This document shows positions 26,676 to 36,414 of a stretch of 53,491 nt of DNA, one piece after another. The stretch's first letter is position 1. Each line of letters starts with the position of its first letter. The notes below the pieces were generated by a model. The model was not told where the DNA came from. It saw only the letters and a program-made list of their open reading frames with translations, and did no database searches. Both the position numbers and the translations under genes were made by a program. This DNA is from a virus (taxonomy: Duplodnaviria; Caudoviricetes): positions 1-53,491 of IMG/VR virus record IMGVR_UViG_3300048999_000117, one strand, 5' to 3'.

Positions 26676-27130
26676 GCGCCGACTCCACGAACTACCACGA
26701 GGCCAAGTACCTCGTCGGCCGGGCGCACCACTACACCTACGGCGACGGTGGCGACCCCGTGACCGGCTCGGCCCTGGCCACCGAGGCGCTGGCCTACGCC
26801 GTGCTTGCCCTCGTCGACACGCTCGCCCAGCCGCAGCCCGAGGAGAAGGCCACCGCTGAGGCGGCGACGGCCACTCCCGAGCTGACGATCTACCGGGCGG
26901 CGCACGAGTCGCTCGTCCTCGGCTGGTACACCAACGCCGCGGAGGCCCGCCGGCACTGCGCCACGCTCATGCTGCGCGAGCAGCCGTCCGCCGCCCTCGA
27001 CTGGATCGAGGACGAGGAGGACGACGTCGCCGAGCTGGCCGCCACTGTCGACGGCGAGGAGAACCCCACCGGCTACCTCGTGACCGCACTGACGGTCGCC
27101 TCCGAGTACGACGAGGGGGCCGACGAATGA
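26672..27130 (+). CDS. Hypothetical early protein
   Basis: Coupled start and stop. Confidence 0.7.
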   Translation: MSADSTNYHEAKYLVGRAHHYTYGDGGDPVTGSALATEALAYAVLALVDTLAQPQPEEKATAEAATATPELTIYRAAHESLVLGWYTNAAEARRHCATLMLREQPSAALDWIEDEEDDVAELAATVDGEENPTGYLVTALTVASEYDEGADE

Positions 27131-27522
27131 GCGCCCGTCAGCCCTACGGGCTCCTGTCCAAGGCGGCCGAGCAGGTCCGCGAGTTCAACCACACGTCCCG
27201 CAGTGCCCATGCGGGGTGGGAGTACCCGAGCCACTCCTACAGTGCGCTCGGCAACCTCTCCCACATGGTCGGCATGCTGCCGCAGGCCATCGAGCAGGCC
27301 ATCCGCCCGGTGATGCACACCTACGAGCACGGCCGCGTGGCCATCGACAACGGCGGCGATGCCGACGCGAAGGTGGCCGAGCTGGTCGCCGCCCGCGACG
27401 ACGCTATGAGGGCCGCCGCCGCGCTGACGGACGCCGTCCAGCGAATGCACAACGCCACCTCCCCGATGGGCTTGGACACGCGCGGTATCCCCGAGTTCGA
27501 GGACGACGGCGGTGACGAGTGA
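27127..27522 (+). CDS. Hypothetical early protein
   Basis: ATGA coupling. Confidence 0.7.
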   Translation: MSARQPYGLLSKAAEQVREFNHTSRSAHAGWEYPSHSYSALGNLSHMVGMLPQAIEQAIRPVMHTYEHGRVAIDNGGDADAKVAELVAARDDAMRAAAALTDAVQRMHNATSPMGLDTRGIPEFEDDGGDE

Positions 27523-27725
27523 TGGCGGCCGCCCTGGTGTCGCGCCCGCTCGCGGACTTGGAGATGGAATCGGTGCTCGCGGTCGAGGCCGCGTGGCAGC
27601 GCCGCGCGGGGGGCCGGAAGCCGCAGACCATCGCGGAGTTCCTCAACGCCGTGGACACCGTGCACGTCCGGTACGCGCTGCGCCGCGAGTGGCTGCGCCG
27701 GCACCCGCAGGGGGTGTCGTCGTGA
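27519..27725 (+). CDS. Hypothetical early protein
   Basis: Coupled chain. Confidence 0.65.
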   Translation: MMAAALVSRPLADLEMESVLAVEAAWQRRAGGRKPQTIAEFLNAVDTVHVRYALRREWLRRHPQGVSS

Positions 27726-27940
27726 CGACCGCCGCACGTCAGTCGAACCCGCTCGCCGACCTGCCGACGATGCCGGAGGCCGCGGCCCCGGTGCTGCTTC
27801 CGGGTCTGCTGTACGGCCTCGGCCTGCGCCCCCGCCCGGTCCCCAGGTGGATCACCGATCCGGAACTGATCGCCTCCATCGAGGCCGGCCTCATCGAAAT
27901 TCCCGACGACCTCAACACCAGCCAGGGGGACAGCAAGTGA
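27722..27940 (+). CDS. Hypothetical early protein
   Basis: GTGA coupling. Confidence 0.6.
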   Translation: MTTAARQSNPLADLPTMPEAAAPVLLPGLLYGLGLRPRPVPRWITDPELIASIEAGLIEIPDDLNTSQGDSK

Positions 27941-28308
27941 GCGACCTGCACGGGGTGCGCGTCGACACGGACGGCACCCGCACCGCCATCACGGTCCCGG
28001 CCGCGACGATGAACGAGTCCCTCCGTAAGGAGGTGGGCGGCGACATCGAGTTCGCGCACTACGGCACCGCTCAGTCGGCGGTCACCGCCGTGGTCCACGA
28101 GTCGGGGATGCCGGACGGCCTGCCCGTGAACGGGGACGCGGAGACGTTCGTCTGCCACATGCGCGGCGGCCAGCTCGGCTACCACCTGTACGGGCCCGTC
28201 GTGTTCTTCGGGTTCGACCCGGCACGCGTAGCCACCATCGACCTGACCGGAGACCAGCGCGCGATCCTCAACCGCCTGCCCGTGTACGGCAAGGGCGGTG
28301 CGCGATGA
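27937..28308 (+). CDS. DUF3846-like protein
   Basis: L...VGGDIE....V.E.G...GLPVN..A.....L.GPVVF.G. Confidence 0.65.
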   Translation: MSDLHGVRVDTDGTRTAITVPAATMNESLRKEVGGDIEFAHYGTAQSAVTAVVHESGMPDGLPVNGDAETFVCHMRGGQLGYHLYGPVVFFGFDPARVATIDLTGDQRAILNRLPVYGKGGAR

Positions 28309-28877
28309 AGTGCGGCGAGCCCAAGCCGGGCGGCAGTTACAAGGACTGCGACGAAGAGCTGAAGCATCGGGGGGACCACGGCTACCTCGGTGAGCGATGG
28401 CCGCGCGTACAGCCCGCTGAGCCGGACTGGGACGTACAGGAACTCCTGGACGACACCAGGCCCCGCGACACGTGGGGTGTGCTGGAGCGCAGCTTCCCGA
28501 TCGTCGTCACCGAGACGGTCACGCGGATCGTCTGGGTGACGGCCGAGTCTGAGGACGATGCCCTCTCCTACTGGGGCGACGACCCCACGGATCTGTCGAT
28601 GGACGGCGCCGAAGTCCTCGACGGGGACTTGGAGTTCTCGCGGCCGGACAAGTGGCAGCGGCAGGCGGCGTTCCGGGCGAACCGCTTCGAGTCGAAGGTC
28701 GGCCCGCTGGTTCCGTGCCCGGACTGCGGCGCGCAGGCCTTCCGGCGGGAGTGGTTCCACGACCCGTACCGGAAGTGCCACGGCCCGATCCAGTGGCGGC
28801 AGGGCCGTAGCGGGCGCGCGTTCCGCGAGCACCACCAGACCCCGGTCGGCGGAACGCGTGAGGCGGTGCGGTCATGA
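28305..28877 (+). CDS. Hypothetical protein with CxxC motif
   Basis: Coupled; CPDCG. Confidence 0.7.
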   Translation: MKCGEPKPGGSYKDCDEELKHRGDHGYLGERWPRVQPAEPDWDVQELLDDTRPRDTWGVLERSFPIVVTETVTRIVWVTAESEDDALSYWGDDPTDLSMDGAEVLDGDLEFSRPDKWQRQAAFRANRFESKVGPLVPCPDCGAQAFRREWFHDPYRKCHGPIQWRQGRSGRAFREHHQTPVGGTREAVRS

Positions 28878-29263
28878 AGAACCCGCTCGCCGGCACTGGC
28901 CTCCGTCGCTACACCCGCAAGCACCTGGTCCACGACCGTGACGCCGCCCGCGCCGAGGTCCTCCGCCTGGAGGGCGTCATCCGCCACCTGGACGGCGCCG
29001 CGATCGCACGCCACGAGCGGATCGCGCAGTTGGAGGCGGACGCCGTCGACGTCGGTGTCGAGCGCCAGCTGCGCGCGGCGGCCGAGGAGAAGGCCACGGA
29101 CCTGGAACGCCAACTGCGCGCCGCCAAGGCCCGGGTCGCCAACGAGACCGCGATCAGCCTCCCGCCGCCGTACCGCGACTTCAGCCCCGACGAGGCGGCC
29201 ACCCATCCCCGCGGGCTCGACGTCCGCACCCTCCGCGACGCCCTCAACCCCACCGCCGCCTGA
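28874..29263 (+). CDS. Coiled-coil hypothetical protein
   Basis: Coupled; heptad-rich. Confidence 0.7.
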   Translation: MKNPLAGTGLRRYTRKHLVHDRDAARAEVLRLEGVIRHLDGAAIARHERIAQLEADAVDVGVERQLRAAAEEKATDLERQLRAAKARVANETAISLPPPYRDFSPDEAATHPRGLDVRTLRDALNPTAA

Positions 29264-29333
29264 CCCCACGCTCGTCCGGCCCCGCGGGGGCCCCCCCCCC
29301 CCGGCCGGGGCCCCCGCCCCCCCCGAGCAGAAC

Positions 29334-29969
29334 GTGCCCGATCAACCCTTCACCGATGAGGACTTGAAGGCCGCCGCCGCGCTCATGCACTACGCGCTCA
29401 CCATCGAGCCGAACCCTGCCGACGCCAGCGCCGGACTGTCCGACAACCCTCGATGGCTCCTCGTTGAGCCCGGCAGCGAGCACGACGAGCAGCTGCGTGA
29501 GTCCGTCGTCGAACTCGTCTCCGGCGCCGCCGACATCTCGCGATGGGCCGTTGACCTCGGCGCGGACGGGCTGGAGCCCGAGGAGCACCAGTTCACCCTC
29601 AACGCCGGGCCCAAGCCCATCATCCGCGTGCACTTCGCGTTCGCCCCCGAGATGTCCGACGACTCCCGTGGCGCCTTCGTGCAGGGTCTCGGCGAGGCCG
29701 CCGCGCGCGAGATGCGCCTCGCCCTCGAAGAGGCGGCGAGCCCCACAATCTCCAGCGATGTCGCCGCACACGTCCTCTGGCACGAGGCGAAGGGCGGCTG
29801 GCCCCCCAGCACTTTCGCCTCGAAGCTGCTGCACCTGTGGACGTCGGCCGACACCGGCAACGCCGAGCACCTTGCCAACGCCTTCCCCGAGTACGCCGCC
29901 GCCATCGGCCTGATGCGGAGCGGCCAGCAGGGCATCGAGCAGCTGCTCGCCATCGCCGACGGCTCCTGA
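29334..29969 (+). CDS. Hypothetical protein; C-terminal domain paralogous to 30091..30342
   Basis: Shared HVLW..GG..P..F...L....AD..N...L..A.PE pattern; start uncertain. Confidence 0.7.
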   Translation: MPDQPFTDEDLKAAAALMHYALTIEPNPADASAGLSDNPRWLLVEPGSEHDEQLRESVVELVSGAADISRWAVDLGADGLEPEEHQFTLNAGPKPIIRVHFAFAPEMSDDSRGAFVQGLGEAAAREMRLALEEAASPTISSDVAAHVLWHEAKGGWPPSTFASKLLHLWTSADTGNAEHLANAFPEYAAAIGLMRSGQQGIEQLLAIADGS

Positions 29970-30090
29970 CCACCCGACCGGTCGCGTCGAGCCTTCCCCT
30001 GATTCGGGCTCCGCGGCCAGCCGGGGCCCCGCCCGCACGCCCCCCTCGGGCGGGCGGGGCCCCGGCACCCCACACCCGAAAGCGAGAACC

Positions 30091-30342
30091 ATGAGCACCA
30101 CCGAACCCACCGTCACCAGAGAGACGGCCGGTCACGTCCTCTGGTACTTCGAGCAGCCCGGCGGCATGCGGCCGGGCGCGTTCACCCAGCACCTCATCGC
30201 CGCGATCGAGAGCGCCGACCGCAAGAACGAGGCGATCCTCAAGGAGGCCTACCCCGAGCTGTCCGCCGCCGTCGACCTCGCCCGCCACGACGAGGACGGC
30301 ATCGCCAAGCTGCAGCAGATCGCCCGCGGGGTGTCAGCATGA
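30091..30342 (+). CDS. Hypothetical protein, paralog of the preceding C-terminal domain
   Basis: 83 aa; coupled to the exonuclease. Confidence 0.75.
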   Translation: MSTTEPTVTRETAGHVLWYFEQPGGMRPGAFTQHLIAAIESADRKNEAILKEAYPELSAAVDLARHDEDGIAKLQQIARGVSA

Positions 30343-30893
30343 GCCGCCTCGTCTTCCTCGACTGCGAGACCACCGGCCTGAACCCGGATCAGCACGTGCC
30401 CTGGGAGATCGCCTACATCGTCCGTGAATCCGGCTGGCTGGACCGCGAAGTCATCCACCACCTCAAGCCGAAGGGCGCTGAGATGGCGCTCGCCGACCCC
30501 AAAGGGCTGGAGATCTGCGGCTTCCACGAGCGGACCGCCGCACCGCAGTTCTCCTGGGATGAATGGAGCCCGGTACGGCGCGCGCTGTTGGACGACCTTG
30601 CGGGCGCCCACCTCGTTGGCAACGTCATCAGCTTCGACGCCGAAATGATCGCCCGCAACGTGCTCTTCGAGCCGTGGCCCCGGCCCTGGCACTACCACCT
30701 CATCGACGTCGAAGCCCTCGCCATCGGTGCCCTCACCGCGCGCGGCGCGAGCGTCTCCCTGCCGTGGAAGTCCGACGAGATCTCCGCCCAGCTCGGCGTG
30801 ATCCCGCCGCAGGGCGATGACCGGCACACCGCCCTCGCCGACGCCCGCTGGGCCCGCGACGTGTACGACGCCGTGATGGGTGGTGCCAAGTGA
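30339..30893 (+). CDS. DnaQ-like 3'-5' exonuclease (DEDDh)
   Basis: LDCETTGL, N..FD, HTALADA. Confidence 0.9.
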   Translation: MSRLVFLDCETTGLNPDQHVPWEIAYIVRESGWLDREVIHHLKPKGAEMALADPKGLEICGFHERTAAPQFSWDEWSPVRRALLDDLAGAHLVGNVISFDAEMIARNVLFEPWPRPWHYHLIDVEALAIGALTARGASVSLPWKSDEISAQLGVIPPQGDDRHTALADARWARDVYDAVMGGAK

Positions 30894-31792
30894 CTACCGC
30901 CATGGCGCCGACTGGCGTCCTCCTCGGCACCTTCCAGCCCGGCACCCCCGAGTGGAAGGCAGCCCGGGCCGGGCTGTGCATCACCGCCACCGAGATCGCC
31001 GCCGTCCTCGGCCTCTCACCGTGGATGAGCCGCTTCACGCTGTGGCACAAGAAGGCCGGCCTGCCGCACGCCCCGTTCACCGCCACCCCCGAGATGGAGT
31101 GGGGCGTCCGCCTCGAACCCGCCGTCGCCCTCAAGTGGGCCGACGAACACCAGGACTTCGGCGTCGAGGAGACCGGCACGTGGCGGCATACCGAGCGTGA
31201 GTGGCAGCGCGCCACCCCCGACCGGCTCCTCACCCAGCGCGCCCGCACCACCGCCCTCCTCGAAGTGAAGACGTCCCCGGTGGGCGACGAGTGGGGACCG
31301 TCCGGCAGCGACGTGATCCCGGTGCACTACCGCACCCAGGTGCAGTGGCAGCTCGACGTCCTCGGCGTGCAGGTCTGCCACGTCGCGCTCCTCGTCGGCG
31401 GCTGCGACTACCGCGAGTACGTCGTCGAGTACGACGAGACCGACGCCAAGGTCATGCGCGGCGCCGCCGAACGCTTCCTCGACGACGTCCGGCAGGGCAA
31501 CCGGCCACCCATCGACGGCGCCAACGACACGTACCAGACGATCCGCCTCCAGCACGAAGGCCGCGAGGACGTCGAGGTCGAGATCTCCGCCGAGCACACC
31601 GCCGACTTCGAGATCGCACAGCAGCAGGCGAAGGCCGCCGACGCCGAACTCGTCCGCGCCCGCGGCCAGCTCCTCGACGTGATCGGCACCGGCCGGTGGG
31701 CCGTCCACAACGGGCGTCGCATCGCCACCCGCACCGTCAACCCGGACGGCACCACCCACGCTCTCCAGCCCGCCAGGAGCCACGCCGCATGA
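30890..31792 (+). CDS. YqaJ/RecE-like exonuclease
   Basis: EW...R...ITATEIAAVLG.SPW, ATPD, LEVKT, Y..QVQWQL. Confidence 0.92.
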   Translation: MTTAMAPTGVLLGTFQPGTPEWKAARAGLCITATEIAAVLGLSPWMSRFTLWHKKAGLPHAPFTATPEMEWGVRLEPAVALKWADEHQDFGVEETGTWRHTEREWQRATPDRLLTQRARTTALLEVKTSPVGDEWGPSGSDVIPVHYRTQVQWQLDVLGVQVCHVALLVGGCDYREYVVEYDETDAKVMRGAAERFLDDVRQGNRPPIDGANDTYQTIRLQHEGREDVEVEISAEHTADFEIAQQQAKAADAELVRARGQLLDVIGTGRWAVHNGRRIATRTVNPDGTTHALQPARSHAA

Positions 31793-32610
31793 GCCAGATC
31801 AGCAACGCCATCGAGAAGCGCGACCAGGGTCCGGCCGCCGTCGTCGAGCAGTACCGCGGCGACCTCGAACTCGTGATGCCCAGCCACCTCACCAAGCGGG
31901 TCGGCGCCTGGATCCGCAACACCCAAGGCCTCCTGCGCCGCGACCCCAAGTTGATGGAGGCCGCGACCAACGACGTCGGCCAGTTCATCGCCGTCCTCAT
32001 GGACGCCGGACGCCTCGGCCTCGAACCCGGCACCGAGCAGTACTACCTCGTCCCGCGCTGGAACAAGAAGAAGCGGTGCACCGAAGTCACCGGTGTACGC
32101 GGCTACCAGGGCGAGATCGAGCTGATGTACCGGGCGGGCGCCGTGTCCTCCGTCATCGTCGAAGTCGTCCGCGCCAAGGACCAGTTCGCCTACCGGCCCG
32201 GCCGCGACGACCGCCCCGCCCACGACATCGACTGGGACCTCGACGACCGCGGCGACCTCCGCCTCGCCTACGCCTACGCCGTCATGAAGGACGGCGCCAC
32301 GAGCAAGGTCGTCGTCCTCAACAAGGGGCACATCGCCGGCGCCCGCGCCAAGTCCGACAGCGCCGGCAACGACTGGTCGCCGTGGACCACGGACGAAGAG
32401 GCGATGTGGCTGAAGACCGCCGCGCACCGCCTGTCCAAGTGGGTGCCGACCTCCGCCGAGTACATGCGCGAGCAGATCCGCGCCAAGGCCATCGTCGCCG
32501 CCGAGCAGCAGCCCGACCTACTGCCCGCGCGCATCCCCACCCCGGCGCCCGGCTCCGTCGACGAGGACTACGACGACGAGCCCGTCGACGCCGAGGTCGT
32601 CGAGGACTGA
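31789..32610 (+). CDS. recT: RecT-family ssDNA annealing protein
   Basis: LGLEP...YYLVP...GYQG.IEL.YR.G; SPW....EAMW.KT. Confidence 0.9.
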   Translation: MSQISNAIEKRDQGPAAVVEQYRGDLELVMPSHLTKRVGAWIRNTQGLLRRDPKLMEAATNDVGQFIAVLMDAGRLGLEPGTEQYYLVPRWNKKKRCTEVTGVRGYQGEIELMYRAGAVSSVIVEVVRAKDQFAYRPGRDDRPAHDIDWDLDDRGDLRLAYAYAVMKDGATSKVVVLNKGHIAGARAKSDSAGNDWSPWTTDEEAMWLKTAAHRLSKWVPTSAEYMREQIRAKAIVAAEQQPDLLPARIPTPAPGSVDEDYDDEPVDAEVVED

Positions 32611-32682
32611 CCGCCTGGGCCGCCGCGGCCCGAACCTGCGGCGGCCCAACTCCCAGCACACCACGCACGACCGGAGAACCTG

Positions 32683-33324
32683 ATGACCCGAACTCTCCCC
32701 GCACCCCCGCCGCGTGTCGCCCGCCTGCCCCGCAACAAGACTGGCTACCCCGTGCCCTGGTTCGTTGCCTGGATCGACGGCGAGCCCGAGTTCCGCGTCA
32801 TCGGCGAAGGCAAACTCGACGACGCCGTCCGCTTCCGCCAGTGCTGGATCTGCGGTCAGCACCTCGGCGCCAACGCCGCCTTCGTCATCGGCCCCATGTG
32901 CGCCCTCAACCACGTCTCCGCCGAACCCCCATCGCACCGCGACTGCGCCATCTACGCCGCGACCGCCTGCCCGTTCCTCACCACCCCCGGCATGCGCCGC
33001 CGCGACTCCAACCTGCCCGCCGACGCGACCGCCCCGGACGGCGAGATGATCACCCGCAACCCGGGCGTCGCCCTCGTGTGGGTCTCCCGCACCTGGCGCA
33101 TGTGGAGCGACCTCCGCCTGTTCAACATCGGCGCCCCCGTCGAGACCTACTGGTTCGCCCAGGGACGTGAAGCCACGCGAGACGAGGTCCTCGCCTCCAT
33201 CGACTCCGGCCTGCCCCAACTCCGCGCCAGGGCCGAGCAGGACCGGCGCCCCGAGGCCGCGCTCGCCCAGCTCAACCGCCAGCACCAGCGCGCCCTGGCA
33301 CTCATCCCCGGTGGTGCGGTGTGA
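32683..33324 (+). CDS. Cys/His-rich hypothetical protein
   Basis: GYPVPWFV, CWICG, EPP.H..CA.YA...CPFL. Confidence 0.75.
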   Translation: MTRTLPAPPPRVARLPRNKTGYPVPWFVAWIDGEPEFRVIGEGKLDDAVRFRQCWICGQHLGANAAFVIGPMCALNHVSAEPPSHRDCAIYAATACPFLTTPGMRRRDSNLPADATAPDGEMITRNPGVALVWVSRTWRMWSDLRLFNIGAPVETYWFAQGREATRDEVLASIDSGLPQLRARAEQDRRPEAALAQLNRQHQRALALIPGGAV

Positions 33325-33896
33325 CGGTCGCCCTGTTCCCGCCCGTCACGATGAGCTACGGCGTGATCGACGCCGAGCCGCTCGCCGAGGGCCCGCGGTT
33401 CGTCCGTACCCGCGCCATGTCCCGCTGGCACCGCGTCCGCTCCGGCATCCGGTACGCCACCGGCCGACTCGTCTACAACCTGTGGTGCAACGGCCACGTC
33501 CAGGGCGGCTTCCTCTCCTGCGACACCCCGCCCACCGACGAGCGCGTGTGCGGCATGTGCGACGGCAAGGCCGTCGGCGCCGGGCAGGAAACCGACGGAC
33601 CCGCCGGCCGGACCCTCGTCTTCCAGCCGCGCCACATCCACCCGCCGAAGAACTGCCCCGCCTCCCGCAGCTCCATGTTCGAGGAACTGCCCGGTGGTCG
33701 CGTCGGTCGCTGCCTCGCCTGCGGCGACATGCAGCCGCTGCGCGCCATGGGCGGCCCCTACAACCCGCGCTACGCCATCGTCCAGCACCCCACCGGCAGC
33801 GCCCTCGTCGAGCCCTGCCCGTTCCACCGCTGGCGCCAACTCACCGCGCAGGACGGCCGCGTCCTCTGCGCCTGCGGAAGGGGGACCACCCCGTGA
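33321..33896 (+). CDS. Cys-rich hypothetical protein
   Basis: Several CxxC motifs; coupled. Confidence 0.7.
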   Translation: MTVALFPPVTMSYGVIDAEPLAEGPRFVRTRAMSRWHRVRSGIRYATGRLVYNLWCNGHVQGGFLSCDTPPTDERVCGMCDGKAVGAGQETDGPAGRTLVFQPRHIHPPKNCPASRSSMFEELPGGRVGRCLACGDMQPLRAMGGPYNPRYAIVQHPTGSALVEPCPFHRWRQLTAQDGRVLCACGRGTTP

Positions 33897-34261
33897 CCGA
33901 GCAACTCCAGTTCACCGAACCCGCGCAGGGCGCCATCGACCCGGCCGCCGGCGAAGCCGCCAAGCAGGACGGCATCGCCCGCGTCGGCCAGCTCGCCCCC
34001 GACTGGGCCGCCCGCTGCGACAACGCCATCCGCACCATGGCCGCCCGCGGAACCGTCTTCCAGGCGGCCGACCTCATCGACCAGCAGCTCGTCGACGAAC
34101 CCCCGCACCCGAACTGCTGGGGCGCCCGCTTCGCCGCCGCCGCGAACGCCGGAGTCATCGAAGCCGCAGGCGTCGCACAGTCCAAGCGGGCCACCGTCCA
34201 CCGCTCCCTCTGCCGCACCTGGCAGGGCACCGCCGAGTACCGGCGGGAGGCAGCGGCATGA
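33893..34261 (+). CDS. Hypothetical protein (possible winged helix)
   Basis: PN.WGARF..AA..G.I pattern; coupled. Confidence 0.7.
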   Translation: MTEQLQFTEPAQGAIDPAAGEAAKQDGIARVGQLAPDWAARCDNAIRTMAARGTVFQAADLIDQQLVDEPPHPNCWGARFAAAANAGVIEAAGVAQSKRATVHRSLCRTWQGTAEYRREAAA

Positions 34262-34527
34262 CCGCCCTGTGGTGGGTGCTGTGGTGGGCCGTCGTGATCG
34301 GCATCGTCACCTTCCAGGTCCGCCGTGCCCTCAACGAGCCCCTCGAACGGGACCGCATCATCGCCGTGGCCTCCGCCATGGGCAGCCCTGTCAGCCCCGA
34401 GACCGAGCACGGCACCGACCTCGCGCTCCAGGACGAATGCGAACTCCTCTGGTCGGTCCCCGAGTTCACCGATCCCCGCTCGGCCGTCACCCGCGACGAG
34501 CAACAGGGGGAGGCCCGCGATGCGTGA
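34258..34527 (+). CDS. Small membrane protein
   Basis: Trp-rich N-terminal TM; ATGA coupling. Confidence 0.65.
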   Translation: MTALWWVLWWAVVIGIVTFQVRRALNEPLERDRIIAVASAMGSPVSPETEHGTDLALQDECELLWSVPEFTDPRSAVTRDEQQGEARDA

Positions 34528-34768
34528 CCTCACATGGATGGACGCCGCACTCTGCGCCCAGACCGACCCCGACCTGTTCCACCCCGACGGCCAGGGCTGC
34601 AGCTACCGCGACGCCCGCAGTGTCTGCGGCGCCTGCCCCGTCCAGGCGCAGTGCGAGGCCTTCGCGCAGGGCTTCGAAGGAGACATCTCCTACACCCACC
34701 GCCACGGAATGTGGGGCGCCCGAGTCCCCAGGGCCCGCGCCAACACCGCGAAGGGGCACGCGGCATGA
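34520..34768 (+). CDS. whiB: WhiB-family transcription factor
   Basis: W...ALC..DPDLF...C..CPV...C.....GMWG; four Cys. Confidence 0.92.
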   Translation: MRDLTWMDAALCAQTDPDLFHPDGQGCSYRDARSVCGACPVQAQCEAFAQGFEGDISYTHRHGMWGARVPRARANTAKGHAA

Positions 34769-35337
34769 ACCAGAACGCCACCCGCGAGCAGATCGTCGCA
34801 GCCCTGCACACCGGCAAATCCAACGGCGCCATCGCCCGCGAACTCCACGCCGACCGGGCCAGGGTGCGGCGCATCCGTGCCGAACTCGACCTCCCCGTCT
34901 TCGTCCCGGCCGAGCAGACGCGCACTCTCGAAGAGAAGTGGGCCACCTTCACCCGGCCCCTCGATGGCGGCCACCTGGAGTGGACGGGCGAACGCGGCAA
35001 CATCGCCAGCACTCCGGTCATGCGCCACAAGGAGGAGTCCCACAGCCCGGCTGCGGTCGCCTTCCGTATCAAGCACGGTCGCGACGCAGAGGGCTACGCC
35101 ATCGCCGACTGCGGACTGAAGCACTGCGTCGCCCCCGACCACGTCGAGGACGAGGCCGGCCGTCGCCGCAACCGCGAGCAGCTCCGCTACCTGATGGGCG
35201 GCCGCGAGCGGAAGCCGTTCTGCCCTCACGCCCACGACCAGGCCGAGCACGGCCGGTACGAGTCGGACGGCACGGCGTACTGCGAGGCCTGCAAGGCCGA
35301 CCGGAAGCGGGCTGAGCGGCAGGCGATCGCCGGATGA
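34765..35337 (+). CDS. HTH plus degenerate HNH-like/zinc-finger protein
   Basis: SNGAIARELH HTH; LEWTG...CG.KHCV.PDH; CPHAH...YCEAC. Confidence 0.65.
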   Translation: MNQNATREQIVAALHTGKSNGAIARELHADRARVRRIRAELDLPVFVPAEQTRTLEEKWATFTRPLDGGHLEWTGERGNIASTPVMRHKEESHSPAAVAFRIKHGRDAEGYAIADCGLKHCVAPDHVEDEAGRRRNREQLRYLMGGRERKPFCPHAHDQAEHGRYESDGTAYCEACKADRKRAERQAIAG

Positions 35338-35427
35338 ACGTTCCGCCGCCCGCGCGCGCCAGCCCCCGGCCCTCTCTCCGCCGAGCGTCCCGCACTCCCT
35401 GATCAGCACCAGCCGAAAGAAGCCCCG

Positions 35428-36414
35428 ATGTCCTGGTTCAAGGTCGACGACACGGCCCACACCCACCCCAAGCTCCGGGGGGCGGGCACGGCCGCGATCG
35501 GCCTGTGGACCCTCGGCGGCTCCTACGCGGCCCAGTACCTCACCGACGGCACGGTGCACGCCCACTTCGTCAAGACGACAGCCACCGCCCCGCAGCTCGC
35601 GAAGCTCGTCAAGGCCGGCCTGTGGCACCCCGCCGGACACGGCTGCCCACGCTGCCCGCAGCCCGCCGACGGCGACTACGTCATCCACGACTACCTCATC
35701 TACAACCCGCGCCGAACCAAGGTCATCGCCGAGCGGGAACGGGCCGCCGAGAAGAAGCGGAAGCAGCGGTCCGGGGGCGCGGACGACATGGATCCGGATG
35801 TGAACCGGCGCGGAAACGAAGACGATTCGAGCTCGAATCGAGGCCGATTGCATGATGCATCCGAGGGTAAAACGAGCACGATTCGTGACGGAATCTCAGA
35901 CGCAAATCCTGGTCAGAGCGATGTGTCCCCGGTGGACTCCCTCGGGACTCGTGCGCGCGCGGTAACCCGACCCGACCCGTCTGTTCTTCCTACGGAAGAA
36001 CAGACGGAAGAGACAGCTAGCTACGCGAGCGAGACCGCACACATCGGCGACCGCCCCCGCATCCCCACCGCCAGCCAGCCCCTCGTCGAAGCCCTCACCG
36101 CCGGCGGACTCGTCGTCGGCTGGGACCTGAAGCCCGCCGAGTGGTTCCTCGTCGAGGCGCTCATCCGGCGGTGCGGCATCCCCGCCCTCGTCGTCTCCGC
36201 CCGCGGCAGCTGGGAAGGCGCACGCGCCCAGCCCCGCTCGGCCCGCTACTTCCTCCCCGCCTGGCGCGCCCTGCCCGACATCGCGACCGCCACCCTGCCC
36301 GCCGCTGTCGGCGACGTCGTCCCCCTCACCAAGCCGCGCGGCCAGCAGGAGACCGACGACCTGTTCGACCGCGCCATGACACGCGCCCGCTCCCGCACCC
36401 AGGAGTCCTCATGA
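35428..36414 (+). CDS. Phage replication initiator protein
   Basis: MSWFKVDD..H.HPK N-terminus, IHDYL.YNP, low-complexity linker. Confidence 0.75.
   Translation: MSWFKVDDTAHTHPKLRGAGTAAIGLWTLGGSYAAQYLTDGTVHAHFVKTTATAPQLAKLVKAGLWHPAGHGCPRCPQPADGDYVIHDYLIYNPRRTKVIAERERAAEKKRKQRSGGADDMDPDVNRRGNEDDSSSNRGRLHDASEGKTSTIRDGISDANPGQSDVSPVDSLGTRARAVTRPDPSVLPTEEQTEETASYASETAHIGDRPRIPTASQPLVEALTAGGLVVGWDLKPAEWFLVEALIRRCGIPALVVSARGSWEGARAQPRSARYFLPAWRALPDIATATLPAAVGDVVPLTKPRGQQETDDLFDRAMTRARSRTQESS
35823..35896. promoter_or_regulatory. Putative replication origin inside the rep gene
   Basis: 18-bp palindrome CGATTCGAGCTCGAATCG and further CGATT/GAATC copies in a lower-GC linker. Confidence 0.5.
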
